Below, in pieces: positions 63,797-64,000 of a stretch of 64,000 bases of DNA (within the stretch, counting starts at the first letter, position 1; each line of letters opens with the position of its first letter). The notes beneath the pieces were generated by a model that did no database searches, was not told the origin of the DNA, and saw only the letters and a program-made list of their open reading frames with translations. The stretch is from Thermoanaerobaculia bacterium (GTDB lineage Bacteria > Acidobacteriota > Thermoanaerobaculia > UBA5066 > Gp7-AA6): the NCBI GenBank assembly GCA_036493875.1, contig DASXPB010000039.1, forward strand, positions 25,313 through 89,312, in the 5' to 3' direction. The position numbers and the translations under genes were made by a program.

Positions 63797-64000
63797 CGTC
63801 CTTTGCCCGACGGGACGGCGTTGGAGGACTTCTCCTTCGCCGAGGTGGGGGCGGATCGGCGAGAAGAAGGGGCGGCCGAACGAACCTTGGCGTTGAGGGT
63901 GGTGGGACCGCTGACGGTGATGTAAGGCTTCAGCGTGACGAAGAGCTTCTCTCCGATCCCCTTGACCTCCATGAGCTCCTCGGGCCGAGTGAAGGGCTTC
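63793..64000 (-). CDS. ComEA-like helix-hairpin-helix DNA-binding protein, C-terminal part only (N-terminus beyond the window)
   Basis: My hand translation of the minus strand gives ...KPFTRPEELMEVKGIGEKLFVTLKPYITVSG... followed by a basic/Ser-rich tail and TGA at 63795-63793. Confidence 0.6.
   Translation of the reverse strand, partial: KPFTRPEELMEVKGIGEKLFVTLKPYITVSGPTTLNAKVRSAAPSSRRSAPTSAKEKSSNAVPSGKGR

Overview
This is a very GC-rich (by eye; not computed), gene-dense chromosomal segment with about 60 supportable protein genes and 2 tRNAs. I saw no rRNA, CRISPR array, transposase, integrase or phage genes. An ADOP-type duplicated FtsX/MacB permease, tandem AsmA paralogs and many secreted or envelope proteins suggest an Acidobacteriota-like organism; that assignment is inference only.

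The content is mostly housekeeping:
- An rpsU-mutS2-dnaG-rpoD block ending in tRNA-Met.
- A zinc-ribbon/RNase H/yggS/yggT/divIVA block.
- hutI plus a cyclodeaminase, then polA, selB and a GatB/YqeY-domain gene.
- A sulfate ABC transporter whose ATPase is fused to tandem USP domains.
- Signalling genes: a Ser/Thr kinase, a PAS-GGDEF-EAL protein and a REC-HD-GYP regulator.
- Assorted enzymes: P450, formamidase, di-haem peroxidase, amidase, an SDR, an NmrA-family protein, dienelactone hydrolase and an O-methyltransferase.

I did not find a defence-island-like or obviously novel multi-gene machine. The signals most worth a second look are:
1. Eight sigma-54-type -24/-12 elements, five of them within 29.4-33.4 kb, each just upstream of a small secreted or envelope gene. 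No activator or rpoN gene lies in the window.
2. An interspersed element (GTCATCCY-GA-stem/loop-GA-RGGATCCCGTG) at three gene 3' ends, with a compensatory C:G to U:A change that suggests a conserved helix.
3. A second family of lower-GC intergenic palindromes built from 7-8-mer units.
4. An rpsU/mutS2 junction where mutS2 has no canonical start codon after rpsU.
5. A near-consensus promoter placed directly in front of a canonical intrinsic terminator.

The many long Arg/Pro/Gly/Ala-rich ORFs antisense or off-frame to recognisable genes were treated as GC-driven shadow ORFs. All family assignments come from motif recognition by eye. No database search, alignment, folding or statistics were run.
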